Below are positions 1 to 10,700 of a DNA stretch of 27,144 nucleotides, piece by piece. Source of the DNA: Lama guanicoe (taxonomy: Eukaryota); assembly GCA_013239625.1 (NCBI GenBank), contig MU053645.1:1914274-1941417 (forward strand), written 5' to 3'. Position 1 is the first letter of the stretch, and each line of letters begins with the position of its first letter. The position numbers were made by a program, and so were the translations under genes. Below the pieces are notes generated by a model. It had not been told where the DNA came from. It saw only the letters and a program-made list of their open reading frames with translations, and made no database searches.

Positions 1-430
1 AAGGATGAACTTTGAAAATATTATGCTATATTAAACAGCCAGACACAAAATAACAAATATTGTATGATTTCACTTATATATCTAGAGTTGTCACATTTGT
101 AGAGATAGAAAATAGAATAGTGCTCATAAGGGCCTGACCAGAGTAGATAGTGAGTAGTGGGAAGTTACTGTTTAATTTTATGGCAAATTTTATGTTATGT
201 ATATTTTACCACAATTAAAAAAAATGCAAAGGGTGAACCCTAATAAATACTAGAGACTTTAGTTAATAACAACCTATCAATATTCATATGTCAATTGTAA
301 CAAGTGTATTACGCTAATGCAAGATGCTAATAATATGGAAAACTGTGGAGGGGTGTGGGAAGGGAGTGGTGGGGAGAAAGAAGTAGTACAGAGGAACTCT
401 CCATACTTTCTGTTCTAAAACATATTAAAG
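1..430 (+). mobile_element. Old LINE-1 (L1M-type) 3'-end fragments
   Basis: Typical L1M 3' motifs: 'gaactttgaaaatattatgcta...agccagacacaaaa...aaatattgtatgatttcacttata' and 'gggtgaaccctaat...tgtaacaagtgtattacgctaatgcaagatgctaataat'. Subfamily not resolved. Confidence 0.7.
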
Positions 431-502
431 TCAAGTAATTTTTTAAATGCCAGTATTATTGCATTTTTGGCTGGTTATTCCTTGTTTTTTCCAGTGTATT
501 TT

Positions 503-892
503 ATTCATTCATTAATTTTTATTATAGTTGATATACAATATTATGTTAGTGTTGGATAACTACAACATAGTTATCCAACAATCAAATACTTTATGAAATG
601 ATCACAAGTCCAGTAACTACCTGTCACCATACAAAATTATTACAGTATTATTGACTATATTCCTAATGATGTATATTACAGCCTCATGACATTTATTTTA
701 TAACTGGAAGTTTGTATCTCTTAATCCTCTTCACCTATTTCTCCCGATATCCTGCCCTTTCCCCTCTGGCAATCACAAGTTTGCTCTCTGTATGTGTAAG
801 TCTGTTTCCATTTTGTTTTGTTTTTTAGATTCCATATATAAGTGAGCTCATACAGTACTTGTCTTTCTTTGTCTGACTTATTTCACTTAGCA
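503..892 (-). mobile_element. LINE-1 3' end (non-inverted part of a twin-primed L1), decayed poly(A) near 503-520
   Basis: Minus strand reads 'tgctaagtgaaataagtcagacaaagaaagacaagtactgtatgagctcacttatatatggaatctaaaaaa...' through an L1 3'UTR to an A-rich tail. Confidence 0.8.
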
Positions 893-1612
893 AACCATCA
901 ACAAAATGAAAAGACAACCTACCAAATGGAAGCAAATAGTTGCAAATGATATTTCTGATAAGGGGTTAATATCCAAATTATAAAGAAATCACACAACTCA
1001 ATATTAAAAAATCCAAATAGAATATGGGAAGAGAACCCGAACAGACATTTCTCCAAAGAAGACACAATGATGGCCAACAGACACATGAAAAGATGCTCAA
1101 CATCACTAACAGGGAAATGCAAATTGAAACCACATTGAGATATTACCTGACACCTGTTAGAATGGCTATTATCAAAAAGGCAAGAAGTAAGGTGTTGGCG
1201 AGGATGTGGAGAAGAGGGGATCTTCATGTACTGTTGGTGGGAATGTAAATTGGTGCAGCCACTATGGAAAATATATGGAGTTTCCTCAAAAAATTAAAAA
1301 CAGAACTACCACACGATCCAGCAATTCCACTCCTGAGTATTTACCTGAAGAAAACAAAAACATTAATTTGAAAAGATATATGCAACCCTATGTTCACTGA
1401 AGCATTATTTACAAGAACTATGATGTGGAAGCAACTGACATGTCCATTAATAGACCGACCAATGGATAAAGAAGACACACACACACACACGCACACACAC
1501 ACGGAGTATTACTCAGCCATAAAAAGAAAGAAATTGTGCCATCTGTGACAACATGGATGGACCTAGATGGCATTATGCTAAGTGAAATTAAGTCAAATAG
1601 AGAAAAACAAAT
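893..1612 (+). mobile_element. LINE-1 ORF2 C-terminal region (inverted part of the same twin-primed L1)
   Basis: Broken ORF2 peptides, e.g. '[32 protein letters not shown]' and 'CTVGGNVNWCSHYGK', with frameshifts. Confidence 0.9.
1475..1502. repeat. (AC)n microsatellite inside the L1
   Basis: acacacacacacacacgcacacacacac. Confidence 0.95.
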
Positions 1613-1629
1613 TTATAGTGTGTTTTAAA

Positions 1630-1880
1630 ACCCAAATGCATAAAACTGTAATTATAAATCTGTTAATAGACATGATGTATAAAATCTAATTTGTGACAAT
1701 AACAACATAAAGAGGGAAATGGAGTTGTAAATTGGGCAGTTTTGTATACTTTTGAAACTAGGTTGATATTAATTCAAACTTGGGTATAATATACTTAAGA
1801 TATTAATTATATAAAAAATATTATGATCTACAGAGTAGCCACCAAGAAAGAAAGAAGTGAATCAAAATGGTACACTAGAG
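1630..1880 (+). mobile_element. Old L1 fragment (inter-ORF-like region)
   Basis: 'atgtataaaatctaatttgtgacaataacaacataaag...ttttgtatacttttgaaactaggttgatattaattcaaact' resembles L1M inter-ORF sequence. Confidence 0.5.
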
Positions 1881-2293
1881 AAAGTGCCAAATTGTTTTGT
1901 ATGTTGGCTGTACCTTTTTACATTTCCACCATCAATGTACAAGGATTCCAATTTTTCTACATCCTTGCCAACACTTGCTATTATGTTTTTAAGGAATTAT
2001 TGCCATCTAGTGGTGTGAAGTGGTATCACTGTGGTTTTGATTTGCATTTCTCTAAAGACCAAAGATGTTGAACGTATTTTCATGTGTTTATTGGCCATTT
2101 GCATATCTTCTTTGGAGAAATGTCTATTCAAATCCTTTGCGTTTTTTAAATGGTTTCATTTGTCTCTTTATTGAGTGGTAAGAGTTCACTATATATTCTG
2201 GATACAAGACCCGTATCATATATATAATTTGCAAACATTTTCTCCTATGCTGTGAGTTGTCTTTTCACTTTATTGACGGTATCATTTGAAGAA
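1881..2293 (-). mobile_element. LINE-1 ORF2 3' fragment, antisense
   Basis: 'ggtgtgaagtggtatcactgtggttttgatttgcatttctctaa...ttggccatttgcatatcttctttggagaaatgtctattcaaatcc' is a hallmark antisense L1 ORF2 stretch. Confidence 0.9.
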
Positions 2294-2627
2294 TCTTGCT
2301 AATTTTAAAGCCAAATCGAGTAAGCTTCATGTTTTTTTGCTCTGAGAAGTGCTGAAGGAAAATACTTGTTATTTTTTATATTATCCATCAAATTCTGTTA
2401 CTGATGTAATAGAGCCAACACTTAAGTTACTCAAGATATCCAAGCCACTGGTTTATTGAGTCCTTGCGAGTCTAGGATATTCTAGTATATTCAGCTTTGA
2501 GACAAAGATGCCAGAACAAAACTATCTATTTCAGAGTAGTTTGATTAACCAAAAATGACTTTCTGCTTCAATCACAATGGAAACCTATCTGTATATGTTT
2601 TTAGTTATGACTAGTAAATGAAGCAGA

Positions 2628-3075
2628 TATTATGGTCCCTGTAATAAAGAGGCTGACTTCACTTTTTTAATCTTTGACTACTGATAGCTTTTGAGCCTCA
2701 TCCCTCCTTCTCCCCTACCCCACATATGAATAAGTTGATAGCTTCCCCTTCTGCCCCATATCTGGGCAAGCTGCTCAAAAAACCAAGGTGCTCCCTCCTT
2801 AGGCACTGGTAGGAAATTCAAACCACCTGCAGGAACCCTCACCCTGGACCCATCTCCTAGCTACCATAAAACCCCAAGGACATCTCCTCCTATGCTCTCA
2901 AGCCATTTTCAGACCTGTCTGGGAGCCACTCTGGTCTGTCCAGAAAGCCTCATTATGTGAGTAAGAACTTTTCATACTGTCTTGGTGCGTATGTATGTGT
3001 GACATCATCAATATCAGCATCTGAACCAAATTTGGGGTGATACTGTGTTCTGTCTCTGAGGGGTGGCCACAGCAT
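2628..3075 (+). mobile_element. Solo ERVL-class LTR (MER54/MER74-like)
   Basis: Recognisable LTR blocks 'ccccatatctgggcaagctg', 'ggtgctccctcc', 'ctctcaagccattttcagacctg' and 'cagaaagcctcattatgtgagtaa'. Boundaries and family are approximate. Confidence 0.65.
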
Positions 3076-5382
3076 CCCCAAAAGAAAATATTTTTTTCTG
3101 TACAATGGAGCCATGGGTTTCTTGCAAAATGAAGAGAAGGGGAGGAGGAATTCATTGTGAAGCTTTTCATTTAATAGAGGTTTTCATCCAGGCTATCTTT
3201 GGAAACTTCAATGTTATATTTCAAAACTTTACTATATATATGTGTGTGTGTGTATATGTATATATAAAATGACATTAATGGATTTATGCAAATTATAAAA
3301 ATTCCTACTATTCTTGGTATACCAGAAAAATCACATTACTTTAACAGGAGTCTCAAATGGAAAAGGAACAACTTTTGAGCCATTTCCTCTTGTTTCTTAT
3401 CCACTTAAGATTTATATACCAAGGGATAACATTCACAGAAGTTTTTGTTCTTCAAACCAGACCAGTTTTGACTTAGAGGAAATTATCTGTTGTGAAAACT
3501 GAAGGATGATAGTGTGCCCCTCCTCTAAGAGCTTTTTTATACTCATTCACTGACAGATGGATCATTAACTCTGGACCAGGATTTCTCACTAAGATGCTGC
3601 AGACAGCCTGAAGTCCTGTGTGGCTTGAATGTAGGTCACACCGTGGGATAAAATGGAAAGGTGCTGAAGGATATAGGGCCCTGAAAGCCTTGCTAGCGAT
3701 TCTGGTGATATTATATAGATGAATCCCCACTGAAACTTCTTCTTGTAAAATTGAGGGCACAGCAGAGGGTCAATGGGTGCTAATAGTCCAGTTGTGCTGT
3801 AGGAAGATTACTTGCTTTACTTGATGACAGGAAAGATGAGAAATCTACACTGATTTTTATCCCCAGCCAGCAACATTTTAAGACAAGTAACATCTGGATC
3901 AGCCCTGATACTACATGGGCATGCCTGAATTATTTTTCCAGGGAAGGGGATGAAAGAGATGAGTAATGGAGTTTTGACTTTGAGTACACCCCAGGAATGA
4001 TTTGGGAACTGACTCTGTCTTCCATAATTCCCACCCAAGGAGAGACCAGCAGCTTCTTGCTTTCACACAGACACCTACATCCCACACTCACCCTTCTCTT
4101 TAGCTGACAGAAAATTCCACAGCCATCAACTGATTAAGTGTGTGCTCCATAGGGCATTTGAGACACAGTATTTCCAAAAGGTCTGGTCCAATTGTACTGT
4201 GAAGATTCCCAACTCTGAAAGCAGTACCCACAGCTAGAATTCCAGGCTATGGGAGTTCTGTGGATTAAAAAACAAGTTATAAAGAACTTCAAAAATCACC
4301 TAAGTTGCAACTGTATGTTGCAAAAAGCCTACCTGCATTTTTTCACCCTTAATACACAAGTGTGGCTGGTTGTCCTTCATTTCAACTCCTAGATATATGA
4401 GAGATAAGATTCAGATTTGACCTTAATAGAAATTATACTAAGGATAGCTGCTAAAACTAAGGGTACATGACACCTTTTGAGTTTTTTCAGTTTAGGCCTT
4501 CCCCTTAATACATAAAAAGTTAGGAGAAAGAGGAAGTTCCATAGAAAGGCCAGTATTTGTACCCTGATCCTAATATCTGTATTCCCCAATTCTGGGCAGT
4601 TAAGGAAAGAGAGTAACAGCAAAGGAGGTAGAGGGTAGGAGAGGCAGAGGTGGTCCCAGATCCCAACCTATACTCTGAGATTCTATGCCACAAACCCCTA
4701 AACAGAACCTAGTTTTTGTTAAGTGCAAATCATCATGTCCAAAGCATTGGTCAGCAAACAAAAGCAAGTATGAGAGTAAACAGTCACCAAGGTGGGACAA
4801 ATGAGACTATCCATGAAGCAGTTTCTGTAGTTGGACCCCAGAAAGGCCCTCCTCTGAGATAAGGAATACAGGGAGAGGGAGCCACAGATGCCGTAAACTT
4901 GGTACTCCTGGATGGGGTAACTGGATGTTGAGGGCACAAAGGGACTAGGTCCTTTCAGAGCCATACTCCCTTGGCTTTGCTAAATGGGGGTGAGAACCAG
5001 GAATTTTCTTGGAGGTTAAAAAGCTTCAAGGTATCCTGATGAGACATCTTTTGTGAAAGGCTGAACACAAATTCTGGGACTCAGACCGAAATGAAAGCAT
5101 CTGTATTCCTTTTCTCCTAAGTCTGTGTCTTCACCCTTTCCCCAGATCTGCCCAGATGTCAGCTTACCAGGACGGTAGCACAGTCCTGTCTTGTGTGCAG
5201 AGTGATTCTACTCCTTGAACATGCTGAAACTAAAGGGTCGGTCAGTGTAAACTTATTTTGTTTGTACCCCTCTACAGACTCAGACAGTGCTCCTTATCAT
5301 TCTTTTTTTTTGTGCTTCATCCCTCTGACTAGACTTCAACTAAAAAACTAGGACAATGTTTTCACTAGTTTTAGCATGCAAG

Positions 5383-5388
5383 TTTATT
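5383..5388 (-). terminator. ARMCX5: ARMCX5 polyadenylation signal AATAAA
   Basis: Plus-strand 'tttatt' about 300 nt past the ARMCX5 stop, at the end of an AT-rich 3'UTR. Confidence 0.7.
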
Positions 5389-5687
5389 AACATGTAGATG
5401 AAGTCTCAAATGAATACACCTATGTCAATATAAAGCACAGAAGTATAGCTTACTCAGGATGAATAAATTCATTATCAGGTCATGTTGCAGAAATACTAAA
5501 AATATCTCAATTTACACAGCACAATAAAAATCAACAAATATTCAAATTCTCAAGATCATTTGGTACCTGTAAAATTGGCTCCTTCAATCAACACAGAGCA
5601 TAAATACTGAAATAATTATAATATGCATTGGTTTCATATTACCATACCAAAAAAATTGTTCAAGGCTTTGTGAGAACATACAGCTAT

Positions 5688-7399
5688 TCAGAGTTTGAGT
5701 ATTAATCGTATAACTTTATCTCTCACCTCAGGATCACTGTGCTCTGCTAAGTCTTGTAGTTTCTGACCAAACTCTTTTGCTTCCTGGAATATGGAAATAA
5801 GTTCAGATTTAGTGAACTCTTCCTTGGTAAATAGCTTCACCTTCTTTTTGAACTGGAAATTTATATTCTCAAATATTTCAATGATATTAAGAATATTGGC
5901 CTTTGACTCATTTTTGTTAAAGGGTGCAACCAATGATGAAAGTACTTTGGCACTGATCAGTTCTCTTGTATTGGCTTGATTTTTAGACAAGCGTGAAAAC
6001 ACTTTTAAAACATAAAATTTGGTTTTGACACTTCCCTTGTTTAACAAGGTGAGGAAATCTGGAATGTAACTGACAATCGTATGGTGATCCTCAAATTTTA
6101 CACTCAGTTGCACTAATAATTTTAGTCCAGCCAGTTGCAAAGGGGAGTTCAAGGGATAAGAGGTTATGTCCTTACAAACTTGATTTATGTACGATTCTCC
6201 TGTATTTGGTCCTGCAGAAGACTCAGAGTTGTCATCCACCATATTTGAAGCTCTGCGGTGTTCTTTAACATTGGGATTATTGACCAAGTTTTCAATCATA
6301 ACAGTAATACCTACATCATGAATTATATCTTGAGTAAATGGATAAGCAGGACTGATGCCCATTATCATTGTAGCTATTTGATGAATAAAAGGATCCTTAG
6401 TTAACTTAAGTAGGGCAACGAGTTTATCAAACTCTTTAGGCTCTAAACTAAAAACACGTGATTTGCAGCGGCAGGCTTTTGGATTGGGCCCATACTTTTC
6501 CCTATACCTAACCTGTTTTTTGATCTCAGCTAAGGTCTGGAAGTAAGGGCCATTATAGGGTGGGATCTTGGTCAGAGGCCGAATCCCCAGAGGAGTTTCA
6601 ATCAAAGTCTCAACCAGAGTCCAATTCCCCTCTGGAGGCAAGGATCCCTGCCCTCCCTCTACTGGGACTAGGACACAATACCTGGCCCTTGACCACGCTG
6701 CTGCTTTTTGCTTTATAGTGAGTTCAGGTTTGGGTTTGGGTGTGGGCTCGGGCTTTTCCTCGATCTTAGGTGGAGGCTCATAAACTTGGAAAGGGGTCTC
6801 TTCTTCAGGCCAGAACCAGGATCCTACGCTAGGCTCTTCTCCAGTCCAAAACCAAGAGCAGACATTTTCTTCATCCTCATCACTGGACTTGATTACAATA
6901 CCAGCCCTGTCCCCAGCCCTCAACTTGATGCTGGCCTCTCTCCTCCTTTGGGATCTGGACCCAATATTGCCTTTATCATCAGCTTTGGCAAAGGACTTGA
7001 TACTGGCTTCACTTCCAGCACCAGCCTTGACTTCATACTTAGTCCCAGCACTGACCCTGGATATAGGTACGGCCTTTGACTTGGTTTCGGACACTATACC
7101 AGGTTTGGCCACGGGTTTTGCCTTAGTCTCAGCCATGTCTCTAGTCTTAGTCATAGCTTCCATCTTGCTCGCTTCCCTTGTCATAGCCACGGCCTCAGTG
7201 TAGGTCACTGTCTGTGTCCTGGCCACTGCTCCATCCTCAGCCTTGACCTGGGTCACTGGTCTTGTTTTCAGTTCTGCCTCAGCCACTGCCTTGGCTTGGA
7301 TCTTAGCCTTGGCTCTAGTGTGGACAGGGCCACTGATTCCAGCTTTCAGGCCAGCCCCAGCCCCTCCTCTGCCCCTGCCTTAGCCTCAAAGCCAATCAT
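5688..7399 (-). CDS. ARMCX5: Armadillo repeat-containing X-linked protein 5 (GASP/ARMCX family), single coding exon. Apparent 1-bp deletion near 7372-7380; first in-frame ATG of the long ORF is at 7184.
   Basis: GASP motifs 'CSWFWTGEEPSVGSWFWPEEE', 'EGNWTLVETLIETPLGIRPLTKIPPY' and C-terminal Arm_2 domain ending 'HSDPEVRDKVIRLILKL' match ARMCX5. The ORF-track start 7286 is a GTG. The homologous N-terminus continues upstream (GRGGAGAGLKAGISGP...) to ATG 7399 in another frame. Confidence 0.93.
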
Positions 7400-7668
7400 G
7401 ATCCAAGTTAAAGGCAAGGTCAAGTTATGTAAACCCCCACCCCCGTCTCAGCCTTGACTGAAGGTCTGTCCCAGGTTGGTGTTTTCATACAAAGTCCAGT
7501 TGTCACTCAGACCCCTTTCCAACTATAGGCTCTGCCAGTGATATAAACAACGTGCAGAGGAAGCTCACTCAGGGAAGGAAAGGATGGCTGTGTGCCTGAG
7601 CGCAGCCCTGTGGAGGGTGGTGGTCTTCAGCCACTCCAAGGCCACCAGATCTGCCACTGAAGTTGGAC
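7400..7668 (-). other. ARMCX5: 5'UTR part of the ARMCX5 terminal (coding) exon, splice acceptor at 7669-7670
   Basis: Minus strand 'tttccttcctccacccctag|gtccaact': polypyrimidine tract plus AG. Confidence 0.65.
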
Positions 7669-8112
7669 CTAGGGGTGGAGGAAGGAAATGGGGCTTTGAG
7701 TCTTTTCCAATTTTTTTCTCATGTTGATTAGCACAGAGAAGACAGGAAAGTATGGAAATTTAGTGCTAAGTGGAAAAGATAATTAGCAAACTTTCTCTCC
7801 CTTCATTTCATGCTCCTTACTACTGCAGGAGCAACTGATCTTTTTTTCCAGACACAGAGCAGGAGTATAGGGAGTGGGAAAGCTGGACGGGAGTGAGAGA
7901 GACTGAAGAATCCCTAGACTGGCTTTTTACCCATACTGCACCCAAGCAGATCTCCACTACCTCATTCTACAGGTCTACTGAGGAAGTCTCCACACTCATA
8001 GCAACCTGCACTAATCTGGAGTGATTTTCTCCTCCTTTCCTTGCCTTCAATGATGACAAGCCCTACCACAGACCTAAAGGCAGATTTATGGACAAATAAA
8101 CAAGCAGGAGGA

Positions 8113-8270
8113 GGGGGGAGGGTATAGCTTAGAGGTAGAGCATGTGCTTAGCATGCACTAGGTCCTGGGTTCAATCCCCAGTACCTCCATTAAAAATAAT
8201 AGTAAATAGATAAATAGATAAACCTAATTATCTCCCCCCTTCAAAAAAAGAAGTTGAAGATAATTTTAAA
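8113..8270 (+). mobile_element. Camelid tRNA-derived SINE (Vic-1-like) in an ARMCX5 intron
   Basis: Head 'ggggagggtatagcttagaggtagagcatgtgcttagcatgcactaggtcctgggttcaatccccagtacctcc' with A box and B box (GGTTCAATCCC), AT-rich tail, and flanking direct repeat CAGGAGGA at 8105-8112 and 8275-8282. Confidence 0.88.
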
Positions 8271-8711
8271 AAACCAGGAGGATACAGAAATCAATCTCTT
8301 GGTAGAGTGACCTTGGTCCCTGGTCCCTATATTTGTTATCTGTCTAGTGTTTCCCTCCTCCTGGTCCTTTCTTCCTACTGCCCTGCTTCAGGACTCCTCC
8401 TCCTCCCTGTTTCCCACCATTTCCCTCTTCAGAGACTGCCTTGGCATTTCCCTATTTCGGAACTGGGCTAGGGTGAAGCATAAGAACAGGAAAACCAAGT
8501 GGGAAGAAATAAAAGCATATATTATCCTTCTATGCCCCCAAAGCTTAAGAAGGCTCCCAATTAAATCACCAGGGGACCAAATGGGTTAGTAAAATGGCAA
8601 AACAGAAAAGACAGAATCCTCTAGTCTCAATCACTCTACCTTCACACCAATATAAACAGATACAAGACACATTTCTTTTCTTCATTATTTCCTAGCTTCA
8701 AGTTGGGTTAC

Positions 8712-8750
8712 CATTTATAAACCTTCACAGCAACTGAGAGTTCCACAGAC
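8712..8750 (-). other. ARMCX5: Candidate short non-coding 5'UTR exon of ARMCX5
   Basis: Minus-strand acceptor 'tctgtccttag|gtctgtgg' and donor 'aatg|gtaacc'. Confidence 0.45.
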
Positions 8751-9549
8751 CTAAGGACAGATCTACACACAGAGATTCACAAATGCAGAGATAGATAAAT
8801 AAATAGACTCAACAAGAGACAATGGAGACTGAGTCCTTCCTTGGTAGAGATCAGCACCTAGGACACTGATCCTTTCTGGATGCAGTTACACGATTGCCAA
8901 AATTTTTTAAATTTCTATCTCCCTTTCTTCCTCCCTTCCCCCAAATCTCCAAGCTCCTCTGCTCTATTCTCAAAGTCTGACGATTACCCTCCAGAGACAA
9001 CTCAATCATCCCTGCAAGATAGTGGTGGTGTCAGTAGGGATGGAATGCCCAGACAAACCATGAAAGTTGGCTGGGAAATCAATGAAAAGCATTATTTCCC
9101 AATTTAATCTAAGTTCTTATGTTTTCTTCTACTCCTCAAAGCCTATCATCTTCTTCATCACAATGGGAGTAAGGTAGGACTGTTTGGAAAGCTGACAGAA
9201 AGGAGATCTGGAGTTTTCCCTAGACCCCCTACCTCCACTAGTCTTAGCCATCTACCACACAAGCACTGCCCACTCTACAGAAATTAGGCCAATTTTCTTT
9301 TATTTATCCCCTCCCTTTGAGGTTCCCTGCCCCTCACAGATCTTTACAGGAAGGTGTCATACCGCAAATGTAGGAACAGACCTACACATACAAACGCATG
9401 ACACACACTCAAAGACCAAATATAAAGACAGTGGGAGAGACTTGGTCAGACTAGTAACCAGGACATGAGACCCTTTTCTAATCCAGGGCCTTCATTATCA
9501 AACACTTATAACTTCTTTTTACACTCTCCCTTCCAGGGCTTCCCAGATA

Positions 9550-10700
9550 ACTGCTCTCACGACAGCAGCAGCCCCGCCTATTAATATAATCCGCCATTTC
9601 TCCGCTAGAAGCCGCTACTACACTCCTTTCCCTCGCCAAACATGGTCGGAGGTGGGGCGAGTGTCTGGAAATCAAGCTAGCAAGAGGAAGATCATTTAAA
9701 ATTTATCGTTGTGTGACACTCAAATGACCCCCGTCCCTCTCTCCCTTCTCACCGCCCGCGCCCCAACGACCAGGTCACATCGCCCACGTTCATCTCTGAC
9801 ACCCATAACCACACTCCCAAGCGATGCCCACCTTGTCACTGACCTGCTCTGCTTGGATCAGAGGAAAATCAATTTTCTCATTTCCTTGCCTCGAGGGGTG
9901 TCGAGCCCTAAGAAAGAGGGACGGACAGTCAGACGGACACAAGGACAAGAGACAATGGCGGCGACTGTGTGTGGGGATTGGCCTGGCACCTGGTATTTAA
10001 GACGAGATACCTGTTTTATCAGATGAAGGGCAAACAATTGTCACTTTTTGGTATTTCCTTCTCCTTCTGGTCCCCAAGACGCCTCAGGGACCCGCTCCTA
10101 GTGACTCTTCAACAGCTACCTTTTCCTCCGCAGTCTCTTGTCTCGCCACGTCCCCAGAACCATAACCGACAGCAGGAGCAGCTAGAGAGGCGTTTAAGGG
10201 GATCCGGCCTCGCGGAAGCGGAGTGATACCAAGCTTTGCGTTACGCCGCTCCTTCCTCCAGCTGTGAGCTCCGTCCCGCCCACCCTCGGTTTCGGATACT
10301 GGACAGGGCAGGGGCGGGGTCTGGGTATGAGAAAGCAGCGCCGGACTGAAAGAAGCAAACTAAAGTTAAAGGGTCTCAGTATTAGTTCCCCTCTCTTAGG
10401 AGCTCCCTCCGCCAAACCTACAATCTTTTCCCCTGATCTGCAACGAATATGGTTTTCTGGAGGTGGCGACAGTGAATCAGCCTCGGTCTGATAAAGCGGA
10501 TGGATACCAAAATGTGGTGTTACACACTGCCCTCTCCAAATCCCTAGGCCCACCGAAGTGGGTGGGTTGGGGGGAGGGAGCCGAGGTGAGAAGGTCGGGA
10601 AACAGGCTGAAGACAGAAAGGCTCAAAACTGAGAGAGGAGGATAAATCCTCATCTATTCCAAAAACTATGCGCCGCCTCTATGAGAAAAGCCCCTCCCAG
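9550..10700 (-). promoter_or_regulatory. ARMCX5: CpG-rich promoter region of ARMCX5
   Basis: Local CpG enrichment, GC box GGGGCGGGG at 10311-10319, YY1-like motifs (ccgccattt at 9591; aatggcggcg near 9954), located upstream of the ARMCX5 exons. Confidence 0.7.
9844..10010 (-). other. ARMCX5: Candidate non-coding 5'UTR exon of ARMCX5
   Basis: Minus-strand acceptor 'aaaacag|gtatctc' and strong donor 'gcag|gtcagt'. Confidence 0.45.

Noticed and set aside
5791..7203. Plus-strand ORFs within ARMCX5
   Set aside because: Antisense shadows of the real coding sequence.
8116..8188. tRNA-like sequence with A and B boxes
   Set aside because: It is the head of a SINE (AT-rich tail and TSD), not a functional tRNA gene.
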